A DNA stretch of 64,000 bases, taken from positions 1 through 64,000 of the forward strand of contig JALDZS010000042.1 in the NCBI GenBank assembly GCA_022813965.1, read 5' to 3'. The notes under the pieces were generated by a model. The model did not search any database. It was not told the origin of the DNA and saw only the letters and a program-made list of their open reading frames with translations. Of the stretch, positions 24,601 through 36,370 are shown piece after piece. How positions within the stretch are numbered: the first letter of the stretch is position 1; every line of letters begins with the position of its first letter. The DNA comes from Toensbergia leucococca (taxonomy: Eukaryota). The translations under genes and the position numbers were made by a program.

Positions 24601-24711
24601 ACGGGAATGGAGGAGGACAGCAGGCCACGCTTGAAACGAGCAAGAAGTGACACGGACGGTACTAGCGTACCTATCCTGAATGCTAAAATTCCCCGCCTTG
24701 AGAACGGATAG
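21642..24711 (+). CDS. frq: Circadian clock protein FREQUENCY, join(21642..21927,21980..24711), about 1005 aa
   Basis: Conserved FRQ blocks: WFDDSNQN, DSPFY, SEDFRGVIDDLTVQNKKL (coiled coil), DKLFEVRIHGLP..KKRELE, DSAYASMS, KLVVQRLEQIFTG (FCD1), QRPTRPIDLD, YLNLLMSMAQLH (FCD2), DGRKIRWRGG, GPIIFY..FCTDLSGD, PEDNF. 52-nt GT-AG intron with a ctgac branch point. Confidence 0.96.
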
Positions 24712-25068
24712 GTTAGTGCTTGCTGGCATCTGCTGGAAAGGGCAGTTGGCCGAGATTAGAGTTTGTAGTGTATGATATAGCTTAGGACCTTGGGTGTGTT
24801 TAAAATTGTGAATTTTGTGCTCCATAGTACGGATACCTCGGTGATATGTATGTTCAAATCCGAGTACCCCTCCTCCCCTCCACTCCCATGCAAACCCGAC
24901 AAACCATGCCGTGAAAGTGGAGAAGATCTTGTCCGTACTCTACTTGACGAATCCATCTCATGATTAATAACCTCTTAACTTCCTTTCGCAGCTCTGCAGA
25001 GCTACGAAAAATTGTTGCTCTGCAGAGCTACGAATACCTGTTATTGGACCCTGTCTATTCGTGGCAAC

Positions 25069-26797
25069 ATGCTGTCACCTACAGGTCTCTGCCGCCAAAT
25101 AACAAGGAAATCTCTTTTGGGCCCTCAAAAAGTTCGAGAGATTGTTGATCACGAAGGAGAGAGATCCTGAGCTGATGGTGACTTATAGCGGCGATTACTT
25201 TGTGCTAGGACTTTCACCTGCTCCCCTCGGCATCATGAGATTAACAAAGTCATTCCTTCTGCTGCCGAGGCAATCGCAAACATGCAACCCAATTCTACTC
25301 TCTTGGCCGGTGGCTTCGGCCTCTGCGGTGTGCCTGATACTTTGATCAATACCGTTCATGCAACCCCATCCATCACGGGGCTCACAGCTGTCTCAAATAA
25401 TGCAGGCATCGAAGGCTCAGGCCTGGGTCTGCTACTCTCCTCTAAGCAAATCAGCAAGATGATCGCGAGCTACGTTGGGGAGAATAAAATTTTCGAACGC
25501 ATGTACTTGAGTGGGGAGATCGAGCTTGAATTAACCCCCCAAGGGACATTGGCAGAGAGATGTAGAGCTGGTGGAGCCGGCATCCCAGCCTTCTACACAC
25601 CGGCCGCGCTTGGTACTGTGGTACAGACGGGAGAACTGCCTCTTCGACTTAACAGCGACGGCTCGGTGAAGGAATACAGCAAACCTAGGGATGTTAAGGT
25701 TTTTGACGGGAAAAGCTACCTGATGGAGGAGGCGATCAACGGCGACTACGCATTTGTGAAGGCATGGAAAGCGGACAGACTGGGTAATTGCCAGTTTCGA
25801 TTTGCAGCTGCGAATTTCAATGGAGCCATGGGCAGAAATGCGAAAGTGACCATCGTGGAGGCGGAGCACATTGTGGAACCGGGGGACATCGATCCTGCTG
25901 CGGTCCACTTGCCTGGGATCTATGTGAAGAAGGTCGTTAAGAGTGATGCCGTGAAGACGATTGAAAAGTATACGTTTGCAAAAGAAACGGGTGCCGATAC
26001 GGCGGTACTTGGTAAGGGGGATACGGCGGGAAAAAGGGAGAGGATTGTAAAAAGAGCAGCCAAGGAATTCAAAAACGGAATGTACGCGAACCTAGGCATA
26101 GGGATGCCCATGCTCGCCCCTTCCTTTGTGGACCCCTCGGTCGAGGTGCAATTACAGTCTGAAAATGGCATACTAGGCTTAGGACCTTACCCGAGGGAGG
26201 GTGACGAAGATCCAGACCTCATCAATGCCGGAAAGGAGACTGTGACGCTGCTCAAGGGTGCAAGCTGCTTCGGTAGCGATGAGAGCTTCGGCATGATCCG
26301 AGCCGGGAGGATTAATCTTACAATCCTAGGGGCGATGCAGGTCAGTGCGAAGGGAGACTTGGCGAATTGTGAGTTTGTTGGTGGATTGTACTACCGAAAC
26401 AGCAATTGACGACATGATTAGGGATGTTGCCAGGGAAGATAAAGGGGTTCGGAGGAGCCATGGACCTTGTCTCCAACCCGTCTGCAACCAAGGTAGTTAT
26501 TACAATGGAGCACACAGATAAGAAGGGCAGACCCAAGATATTGAAGCAATGCGAATTCCCATTGACCGGTAAGGCATGCGTGAGCCGGATCATCACCGAG
26601 TTGGTAAGTTCAAGCCTTTCAATACTCTGAACGTCTCCCTAGTTCAATATGTTGATGATGTCCAGTGTGTGTTTGACGTTGACTTCACGGATGGTTTGAC
26701 GCTCATTGAAATGGCTGAAGGTGTGACGGTAAATGAAATCAAGGCCAAGACGGAAGCTCCCTTCAACGTGGCAGATGACGTGAAGCCAATGATATAA
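25069..26797 (+). CDS. Mitochondrial succinyl-CoA:3-ketoacid CoA transferase (SCOT/OXCT1-like), 4 exons
   Basis: Presequence exon [39 protein letters not shown]; catalytic [14 protein letters not shown]. Confidence 0.95.
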
Positions 26798-27081
26798 GAC
26801 GACTCTGTATAGAACATTTCTAGAAAAAATCCATTCTCCATGGACTGGGTTTGCAGCTGTTGCAAAAGACGTGCAATATTTCGGCCTCCCTACAAAGAGT
26901 CGTGGGAGTTCAACCACGTAGAAGGATTCGCTGCCATGTTGAATCTAAATGACATAGAGTCGAGGCGATGGGATCAACCATGGCTCTCTATCTCTACCTT
27001 GAGCTTCAGTCCCCATGACGCCGCTCGCTTACCTAAACTCCCTGCCACTTTACTCATCCAGGTATGACACCATGGTTGATC

Positions 27082-28800
27082 CTAAATCTCCGTTCCATGA
27101 CCTTCGTTGTTGTCTAGCCGAGGCTTTCCTCTCACGATACCGAGCCAGTCGTCAACGACCAGCCTAGCAACATTCATTCCCATAAGCGAAGAAGTTTCCA
27201 TCGTCGAGATAAAACTCTCAATGCCACTGGTGTACCAGAGGTTCGTGTCCAGCTGCGGATCATCGAAAGTCACGCGTGGGTAGAGATAGGGGTATGACTT
27301 CCATATTTTCTCATAATGCCAACTGATGTCCTCTTTCGAGGCAACAAATAGGTCTCCCCCACGATCAGAAAATCCAAGCAGCTGGGCGAGCGAGGATGAT
27401 GTTAGAGGTTTAGGGGAGAAAATCTTGTACAGGTATTCCAACCGAGGGGGTGAAGCAGTGGGATTGATTACGGTGCGCAACAGGCTTATGCTGAAGAAGT
27501 CGACTAAACCAGGTTTGCTCCTACCCTTGGATAAATTCGCATGACTAGGTACCGTTGTGAGTACAACGTCAGGGACAGGAGACTCTGCAGGAAGATTGAA
27601 CGCCTGAGGTGATAACCTATGTTGTGATGCAAACAGCGTCACATGCAATTCGACATAGGGAATCTCGTCTGGAGGGTTGGAAAGAGGCGGGCTCAGTATG
27701 ATGTCGGAGAATTGCAGGGGGCCAGCGATGATGACGGTATCGTAGCTAGCGACTTGGCTTTCCACTATGTCCATCGAATTGGGACCGATAGAGGACGACT
27801 TGATTGTGTATGTGCTATCGTCGCGCCGGTTGACTTCAGATACACTGGTATTCAAAACCACGCTAGCACTGGCGGTCTTCAGCATTCGGTCGAATATCTG
27901 CCAATTGCCTCCTTTGATAGACATTGCGCCGTCTGTAGCCATGCAGACCATAGTTTCTAATCCGTGGAGCTGTTCTAGGTTCTGCGCGTAGTTCACTCTT
28001 GTACTTGCTTGAATAATTTCTTTGGCGAAGGAGCTTTGTATCTGGTTATCTATGAGGAATTGGTCCCCTGTCTTCGATGTGATGGCCGTCAAGCCCAGGT
28101 CGTAGGCAGTCTGAGACAACGATCGGAAGGGAAACCATGGGGGCTCATACATCTTCAGAAAGGTCCCCACTGTCTTCTTCATCAAATTCTGAGCACGCAC
28201 AGGGGACAAGCCGTATTTCCAGATTAATTTGGCAAGATTCCATAAAAAGTGGTCTCCTTCATCCTGAATGAAGACGAAGCTTTCCCCATCCCAGACCCCA
28301 AGTCTTGTGGATTTTGCATCCCAAGCGACTTCACCAAACTTTTCTGTCAACAGGTCAAATTCTCGAGCGGCGGAAACAAGGTTCCTGTTGACGTCGACGA
28401 AGATAGAGGCACCCAGCTCGACGGATTCTGCAGCATCACCAAACACATTGATAGTAGTTGATCGTCCACCAACATAGCTCGATCTTTCGTACACTGTGAT
28501 GTTGACTCTCATGCAAGGCTCTTTGAATTTATTGATATAGTACGCCGACGAAGCACCCCCAGCCCCAGCGCCTGATTCAATCCCAGTGTCAGCCTCCCAA
28601 GACAGCAATTCACAAATATCCCACTCACCTATGATGGCGATTCTCTTGACGGGGTCTTCATGATCACAAGAATATGGCTCCAAAACATCCGGAGGAGTCA
28701 ATTCAGGAGCCGTTGACCAGGTGTACAACAGCCAGAATAGACAGCCAAAGCTTAGAAGGAATCCAGCCGCCCCACTTTTAGATAGGTGATGCATTTTCAT
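27082..28800 (-). CDS. Prenylcysteine oxidase/lyase (intron 28572-28628)
   Basis: N-terminal membrane anchor; FAD motif RIAIIG|AGAGG; GGRSTT; ELGASIFV; ASTRVNYAQ; SGIESFISTMETSSLMG. Confidence 0.93.
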   Translation of the reverse strand: MKMHHLSKSGAAGFLLSFGCLFWLLYTWSTAPELTPPDVLEPYSCDHEDPVKRIAIIGEWDICELLSWEADTGIESGAGAGGASSAYYINKFKEPCMRVNITVYERSSYVGGRSTTINVFGDAAESVELGASIFVDVNRNLVSAAREFDLLTEKFGEVAWDAKSTRLGVWDGESFVFIQDEGDHFLWNLAKLIWKYGLSPVRAQNLMKKTVGTFLKMYEPPWFPFRSLSQTAYDLGLTAITSKTGDQFLIDNQIQSSFAKEIIQASTRVNYAQNLEQLHGLETMVCMATDGAMSIKGGNWQIFDRMLKTASASVVLNTSVSEVNRRDDSTYTIKSSSIGPNSMDIVESQVASYDTVIIAGPLQFSDIILSPPLSNPPDEIPYVELHVTLFASQHRLSPQAFNLPAESPVPDVVLTTVPSHANLSKGRSKPGLVDFFSISLLRTVINPTASPPRLEYLYKIFSPKPLTSSSLAQLLGFSDRGGDLFVASKEDISWHYEKIWKSYPYLYPRVTFDDPQLDTNLWYTSGIESFISTMETSSLMGMNVARLVVDDWLGIVRGKPRLDNNEGHGTEI

Positions 28801-29115
28801 TTGCTCACTGATTTACTCAGCTTCTACAAATGATGCGATTCCTTCTCTCTATGTGATGGATGAATGCTTGATTTAAGTGTGAAGCTGGTGGCTAAGTACC
28901 TTATTCGATCGTCGTCACAGCCACTACAAGTCAAGCTCGGCAGATCCACGACAACAGATACGAAGTTGTCAAGATAACATATTCGCAAACGTGCTACATG
29001 AGCAATGCTGATATGATGCCGGGAAAGAGCCGAAACTGCTATCTCTGGACAAAAGCATGGAGACAAATCAAATCCAGAAACGCCGAAGCTGCAAGAATGG
29101 AAAGATTGCCTAGCA

Positions 29116-30640
29116 TTATGCACCCTCACTGCCAAATTCTGCAGTCCACTCTGCACTCTTTTTGATATCGTCCTGACTGACTGTGGGGCGTGCAGTTTTG
29201 ACGGCTTTGACAAAGTCTTTTAGTACTAGTGGCGGTTCTTGTAGCTTGTCAGATTCAACCTGAGTCCATGACATCTCCATCGCCCCAGTATCTCCAGGCG
29301 AACAGGGTGTCAACTTTTCCTCCCCGTCCACAATGACCTGCCATACAATGTCAGCGAGCTTTTTGGCACTACACATAAGCGGGGATTTCGCATTTGCCTT
29401 CTTATAGTGTGTAGCAGTCTGAATCTTCCGAACCGGTTGCATCAACGCATCTTGTACCGCTATACTGATATCGCTTCCAGAGTATCCGTCGCTCATCTGG
29501 CCCAGGGTTCTGAAATCTGCAGGCTTCAGGTCGCAAGGAGTCGTGCCGACCGACATCTCGAACATTTTCATCCTCGCTGGCAAATCCGGTAAGCTTATGT
29601 GAACTCTCCGTTGGAAGCGTCGTCGAATAGCGGCATCTAGTTGCCACGGGATATTGGTAGCACCCAAGATCAGCACGCCCTTTGAATCTCGCCCTACACC
29701 ATCCATTTGTACTAGAAGCTCCGTCTTGATTCTTCGTGAGGCTTCTGATTCTCCTTCCCCTCTTGGCCCACATAGCGCATCTACTTCGTCGATGAAAATA
29801 ATTGACGGTTTGTTCTCTCGAGCCATATTGAAGAGTTGCTTGACCAGTCTGGGGCAGAAAGTCAATCGAGCTGTCTCAGAAGTGATTTCGAGGAGCTCCT
29901 TTCTCACCTCTCACTTTCACCCATCCATTTGGAAACCAAGTCGCTGCTGCTAACGCTGAAGAATGTGCTGTTTGCCTCTGTTGCAACCGCTTTCGCGAGG
30001 TATGATTTCCCTGTCCCAGGCGGCCCGTAAAGTAGTATACCTTTCCAAGGCTGCCGTTTGCCAACAAAGAGATGTGGGAACTTGATCGGTAAAATGACGG
30101 CTTCCTTTAGAGCCTCTTTTGCTCCTTCAAGACCTGCAACATCTTCCCACTTAATATTTGGCTTGTCCGTTAAGATGGCTCCGGCTAAGGCGCCTCGTAG
30201 CTTCTTTGCTTCGGGATCTTGCTCGTCATCATCATCATCATTTCTATAAAATTTTGGGATCAGTCTCGAGTACGTAGAGCACCCTGAGAGCGATGGGATT
30301 AGAGGGGAGCTAGTGCCATGACTGGGAACACCCACTTCCCCTTTCCTCCACCCCCAGAAACTTTGCCATTGGAACCCACCGCAGCTGGCTTCTTCCTATT
30401 CCCTTTATCGCCCTCAGCTAGATGATTCTTCAATTTCTCGGCCCTCTCCATGTATTCTGCTACTTTTCCCCGGATCATCTCCTTGGATTTGGCATTTTTC
30501 TCCCACTTGAGAGCTAACATGAAAAGCTCGAGCGACTGGTAGTATAGCTGATAAGCCTTCTCATATTCCCCCGTAGTATCATTTTCTATTGCCTTTTTGA
30601 CCACATCTATAGCACGCCCTAGAAAGTCGGTATTGCTCAT
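29116..30640 (-). CDS. VPS4: AAA ATPase Vps4 (ESCRT-III disassembly), 4 exons
   Basis: MIT domain [11 protein letters not shown]; Walker A GPPGTGKS; Walker [18 protein letters not shown]-terminal EFGSEG. Confidence 0.97.
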
Positions 30641-31060
30641 TGCAATGACAGAGGGAAATCTTCAGTCAAAGGTCGAAAAGGACTGATAAAGAGCGCAAAG
30701 GTAAAGAAAGGTACGGACTGTGTACGAAGAGAAAGATGGGAGCTCATGCAGAAGACAGCTTTGTCAACGTTGGATGTGTAAACCAGTGTCTTTTGATTAT
30801 GCGTGTAGAAGCGGGGACTGATATTCGATACTAAGAAATCCTAATTTTGAATGTCCAAAAGTTTTGAAGGACTCGCTATTTGTTCTTGAAGAGTGTAACA
30901 GCCATCGTCACTGGAAATTGATCGGCATAATCCTGGCGTTTCGGCATAAATATTGCCCCACCAGCCAGTGTTGGCTGTTGACTCTCCATAGGTCGAGGGA
31001 GGATTAAGCCCCCATTCCTCGATTATAGAGTACCCACTCCGTACTCCGTAGGGCCTCATC

Positions 31061-31653
31061 ATGGCGGAAGAACAAAGGAAACTGCAGACTCTCTCGGACG
31101 AATACCAGAAGCTCCAAGGCGGTTCGCATAAGGAATTCCGAGTTCACATGTCATTCAATCACCTACTGAGCATGCAACAGAACTTCAATCCAATGTTGAT
31201 GTGCGCCAGAAGCTGGAGTCTCAGCAGCAAGAGAATCTTGGCGTGCAGAAGGTTCGATGAACTGCCCAACGTTCCCTACGGAATCCTTTATTCTTACCGT
31301 ACCGTGTCTAGGAGTTTTCTACTCTGGCCGAGGATGCAAATATTTACAAGCTCGTCGGACCGGTGCTTCTAAAGCAAGACCGGAACGAGGCCGTTCTCGC
31401 AGTTGACGGACGACTAGCATATATAGAAAAAGAGATGTGAGCTATCATGTCCAAGGAAATGATATTACGAGAGCTTCCCTGACGCCCTTCTAGTAAACGC
31501 ATGGAAAGGCAGATTAAGGACGTCCAAGAGAAAAGCGAGAGCATGAAGATGGAGGTGAGTCGCCACGATTGTCATTGCTTTCGAAAACCCGCTTGAGAAA
31601 TTGTGGTTGAATGGATGCAGGTGTATCAGCTACAGACACAACTGCAACAGTGA
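31061..31653 (+). CDS. YKE2: Prefoldin subunit 6, 5 exons
   Basis: Spliced product MAEEQRKLQTLSDEYQKLQG|ELQSNVDVRQKLESQQQENLGVQK|EF...IYKLVGPVLLKQD...RLAYIEKEI|KRME...|VYQLQTQLQQ*. Confidence 0.92.
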
Positions 31654-32342
31654 TCGGGGCAAGCCCGAATCATGCTCTGAAGCCGGGCGCGCCTAGTCTC
31701 GGAATTCTGCAGACACTCTCGTTGTTATTGCAATTATTGGTCAACAGATACCTTCACGGCCTGGAGTACCTACTCGGAATATTCACACTGGTGATGCATG
31801 ACTCGATTTGCCTTGCCTCGGGACGGGTTCTGAATTGGACCTTAACATAAGCTCTTACGTCCTTCAATGTTCAACACTGTCCAAAGGACTTTTGCTGCCG
31901 TAGTGCACGCGAATGTTACTCTCCTGTTTTGGCAGTACATGCCCGAAGCATATAATGCCAAAACATCAAAATCTTAAGGCTACTCGCAACCTATAATTTT
32001 CCAGCAAGAGGCTCAAGAGCTCGCCGCATTTCAAGATATCCACGCAGAATGTCTTTCTCCAATCATTATCTCTACAATGTATGTGTTCGATTCTGACGGA
32101 GCTAGTCATGTCGAGAAGACCACCGAATCTCCTGTTGTTGGTCCATGGAAGCCCCACTCTCTCGGGGAGCCGCCTCTAGCATTAATAGGGGTGTCCTTGT
32201 ACTATTTTGGAATTTTGACGGCAATCGCAGACTGAGAAAATTACATGTGAATTCTGAAGAAGTCTCTATAAGTAGAGCTAGGGTATTCAACTCGATGACT
32301 TCTACGTTCTATCGGGCTGTTACCCTCAACCATGAATATGGT

Positions 32343-34062
32343 CTAGCTTTTGATCAACAAACTCGTCCCTCCCATTTCCTCTGGTTGCTCCAAGCCCATG
32401 ACCTCCAAAAGCGTCGGCGCGACATCGCCCAGAACCCCGTTTTGCTTTTTCAAGCTCCACCCTTCCGGCGCATTAGCCATGATGAAAGGCACTTTATTGG
32501 TCGTATGTGATGTCTTTGGCTTGCCCTGATCATTCAACATCTCCTCGGCATTGCTGCGTTCTTTCAGCTTTCGTCTCGTCATGCATGGGAATTGCTGTAC
32601 ATACCCGTGGTCTGAAGTCACGAAAAGCACATAACCCTCTTTCTTACACGCGTCATACACTTGCCCAATAGCCTTGTCTGTTGCCCCAACTCCGGCGATT
32701 GCTGCCTTGTACACGCCAGTATGCCCTACCATATCCGGCGGAGCGAAGTTGTTCATTAGAAATTCATATTTGCCCTCGGCAATCCTGGAACATAATTGAT
32801 CTGCCACACCAGCAGCACTCATCTTTGGATCCATATCATATGTAGCGACCTTTGGTGAAGGCACCATGTCTCTATCCTCCCCTGGGAATTGTTTCTCGAC
32901 GCCTCCATTAAAGAAGAAAGTTACGTGAGCATACTTCTCAGTTTCGGCGACGTGGCACTGCTTCACATCCTGCTTGCCAAGCCACTCTGCAAGAACATTG
33001 CCCATATGTTGTGGAGTAAAGGCGATAGGGAAAGGAAAGTCAGTCTTGTATTGGGTCATCGTCGTAATAGACATGTTCTTGGGGTAAGGGAAGTCCGGCA
33101 AGGGAGAGCGGTCTACATCTCCAAGGAGTTGGGTAACCTCACGGACACGATCCGAGCGGTAGTTGAAAAAGAAGAGGGTGTCATTGTCTGGCGAAAATGT
33201 GAGCAAAAGCTAGTTCTGCAAATCATTAGAGGCATCACGAACCTTGTACTCGAGCCCCTTCGCCGCCGACAATGATGGGCTTGAGAAATTCGTCATTCTC
33301 CCCCTTCGAATATCTTTCCTCGATTGTTGCCACAGGATCAGTGCTATCTTCTCCTTCACCAGTCACTACACCCTTCATACCTATCTCTACTCTGTCCCAT
33401 CGTTTGTCTCGATCCATGATATAGTATCGTCCAACTACAGTAGCAATCTGTCCTATGCCCAGCTCTTTTATCTTTGCAAGTAGCTGCTTTAGATAACCAG
33501 CCGCGGACTTGGGGTCCGTATCTCTTCCGTCACCAAAAAAGTGGATGAACACATGCGGTACTCCAATCTCCTTGGCGACCTGCAGGAGACCGTAGAGGTG
33601 ATTTATGTGCGAGTGGACCCCGCCGTCTGACACCAACCCTAGTAAATGCAGTCTCCCGTTGCCGTCCTTTGCTCGCTTGAAAGAATTCGTAAGGGTCTCC
33701 ACCTTGTTGAGCCCGCCCTTTTTCAACGTCTGATCTATTCGAACCACATCTTGCCACACTACTCTCCCGGCCCCGATGTTCAGATGCCCTACTTCGCTAT
33801 TGCCCATTAGGCCTTCCGGTAGTCCAACAGCTAATGAGGAAGCTTCGAGCTCCGTGTAACCTTGTGCAGTCTTCGAGCTCTTCGCCGCAAAACCATCCAT
33901 CACAGGAGTCTCGGCGGCAGCAATTGCGTCGCCATCTGTGGGGGAGGTCTCGCTGGGTATGCCCCAGCCATCGATAACGACTGCGCATCCTTTCAATATC
34001 AAGTCATCGATATCGGGGCCAGTTCACTCACTCAGTACTGCTTTCTGATGCACCTTGACCAT
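32343..34062 (-). CDS. 2,3-bisphosphoglycerate-independent phosphoglycerate mutase, 4 exons
   Basis: MVKVHQKAVL|IVIDGWG; GLMGNSEVGHLNIGAGR; SDGGVHSH; DGRDT; AETEKYAHVTFFFNGG; DMVGHTG; SDHG|NAE. Confidence 0.96.
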
Positions 34063-34339
34063 GTTGATGATATCGTATGACAGTGAAAGCTTAAATTTGT
34101 TCGGTATTTCTTATACCATTGAGAGTCCAGGTGGTCTAAGGACAGAGAGATCGATAATATAATTGTCTTTAATACCTAGGTAGTTGAGGGTACGAGTTGA
34201 ATAGTGTCTGAGCATGGTGGGGCCTCGGGCTGTACCAGCAACCTGAAAAAAGCAACCCACCAAAACTACGTCATCGCCCCTGCAGCTAGAAGGGTTCACC
34301 CCCAACAGGCCAACCTTACAGGGCTAGGCCAGAGATCTA

Positions 34340-34595
34340 CCGTATTATCTGGCATATAGGTAAGACCCTACCGTTATGAGGGGGGAGTGTTTGTTGACCA
34401 ATTAGAACCATACTTTATAGGCTAGTCATGTCTTATAAGTAGAGTAGGTCATATCTTATACAGTAGATCGTAGGGAAATTAGTGAAAATATCACCCCTTT
34501 ACCTACTCATTCCCTTGATCAATTTGATGAGGAAGAGGTAGAATAGCGAGTATAAGGGGGAGGAAGGGGGGCGTCCATACATCCAGATAATACGG
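34340..34595. mobile_element. 256-bp MITE, Tc1/mariner superfamily (Tc2/pogo-like TIR)
   Basis: Perfect 13-bp TIRs CCGTATTATCTGG (34340-34352) and CCAGATAATACGG (34583-34595), with TA on both sides (34338-9, 34596-7). Internal repeats gtcatgtcttata and gtcatatcttata. Confidence 0.85.
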
Positions 34596-34751
34596 TATTA
34601 TTTTGTTACCGCAACTCGCCGCTTAAGCGAGAATGTACCGAGGGTGTGAGGTTACCTAAGGTACCTACCTACCTATGCAAAAACATCACCTCAGCCTGGA
34701 ACAAAACATAGCAGATTAATCAAACGGTCAATCCAGGAAATCTCTATCAGA

Positions 34752-35096
34752 ATGTCTAATACCACGAACACTTCCTCCTCGCTAATATCGATTCTTCCCC
34801 CACCCCAGACATTTGATATTGTCCCTTCTTTACATGCCCTTATTTCGCGCCTCCTCGCCCCGTCGACTATTGACACCGCTCAATCACCTCTTTCACCAAA
34901 AGATCTAGCGACCGAAGCGTCAGCCATCCAGACCAAGATCCAAAAGGCGCGGCAAGCGGTTCAGAACTTGCCCGACATTGACCGAACAATCAGAGAACAG
35001 CAGGAGGAGGTCCAGGTCTTGGAGGCGAAGGTGGAGAGACTGAAGCTGTCCCTGAGACAAATAGCGGCGAATTCGAGTGAAGGCGGACGCTCTTAG
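34752..35096 (+). CDS. MED9: Mediator subunit Med9 (Cse2)
   Basis: PPPQTFDIVPSLHALISRL...LSPKDLATEASAI..KIQKAR.AV..LPDIDRTI.EQ..E. Confidence 0.85.
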   Translation: MSNTTNTSSSLISILPPPQTFDIVPSLHALISRLLAPSTIDTAQSPLSPKDLATEASAIQTKIQKARQAVQNLPDIDRTIREQQEEVQVLEAKVERLKLSLRQIAANSSEGGRS

Positions 35097-35394
35097 GTCT
35101 AGATTGAACGAAGATGCCGGTGTATCTGCGCGTCTTGCAGCACATCCTTTCATCCCTCTCTCCACCTTCAGAGCTCCTAAATAATCGTTTCTGGAAAGCC
35201 TAGGCTTTATAGCCTTCTAGCTCTGTCAGTGTGGGATACATGGCCTTTAATCCTCGCCATACATACGTTCCTCGAAAATTGCTATACGCTTCTTAGATAG
35301 CCTCGATGTACCCTCAGATGTTTCTATTCTCCACAAGTTCCCCACTTTCAATGAGCCCAAATGTACAACATCTCAAACATCCGTCGCCGTGGAC

Positions 35395-36370
35395 TATCCT
35401 TCACTGACTATACTTTCTTGTATTATGCTCTTGAAGATTGACTTTCTTGCCTTATATCTGGCTTGATACTCTGCATTCTTGCGTTTGTACTCTTTTTCCT
35501 TCTCTTCCGTCCTTGCGCGCGCTTCCACTTCGCGTAGTACTCATGAGACTTTTCTTTGTTTTGCTCGCAGTGGTTTGATCTGTATCAGGCGTGATTTGAG
35601 ATTTCTAGATGTTTAGCCATTGACTTTCAATAGGTCTCAGCGGCAATCCCTTTCTGAGACGCTTTAGGGGAAGCATTTTTTGGGCTGACTCTTTTCTTCA
35701 GCTGCTCAGTGATCAGTTCAGCGTCTTCAGTTAGGGCAATCTTCTTAAGTAAAGCGTTGTGAGAATACAGCCCGTCCCACTCAAGAGGTTACATATCTCA
35801 CAGCCATATCTGACTCTTCTCATTTTCCTTTTTGTTTGAGATCATGACTCAGAATACAAAGTTTAATGCTGTTTCAACCGCTATGAAGAAATGTCTGTGT
35901 AGCGGTATTGTAGTTAGCTCAGAAAGTGAAATTGAAAACAGATTGTTCATGTGAGTGATTTGATATCTGCTTCATAGTGCTGCTTTGATTTGGGTAGGCT
36001 TGTCTGTCAATGATTCTTTAATGTACACTTGAACGCAACTCAACATGTCAACAGCTGCACTGATTGTGGACTCAACGCATAGAAGTGATCTCAGATCCAA
36101 CTTTTTTGATTTCAATACGTATACGACCCAGTCATGAATTAGCTTGTAGGATAACCCTTTCAAAAATGTCAGCGTTGAAGGACTATCTGCTCGAAGCAGT
36201 GATAGAAGATCCGGAGTGATGACTAGATTAGGGGTGAAGAAAAGACTTTTAGTAAATTCCTGCAGTGATAGCAGCTTCAAGAAGCCTTGTGTATGCAAAG
36301 GGGTTGAGCTGATGCATGATCAGATAGTAGAGACAAAAAAGAGAGGTGTTCAGGGAATTTGTCCTACGTT
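35395..36370 (-). pseudogene. Degraded ORF resembling an uncharacterised fungal GIY-YIG-like nuclease family
   Basis: One frame, reading through TGA/TAA stops: TI*SCISSTP...LVITPDLLSLLRADSPSTLTFLKGL...WVVYVLKSKKLDLRSLLCVEST...IKAAL*SRYQITH...FFIAVETALNFVF*VM...L*DM*PLEWDGLYSHNALLK, then a basic tail. The family assignment is from memory. Confidence 0.6.

Noticed and set aside
34404..34545. Loose resemblance to U3 snoRNA (ATACTTT...GAGGAAGAG)
   Set aside because: Lies inside the TA-flanked MITE, and boxes B, C and D are not arranged as in U3.
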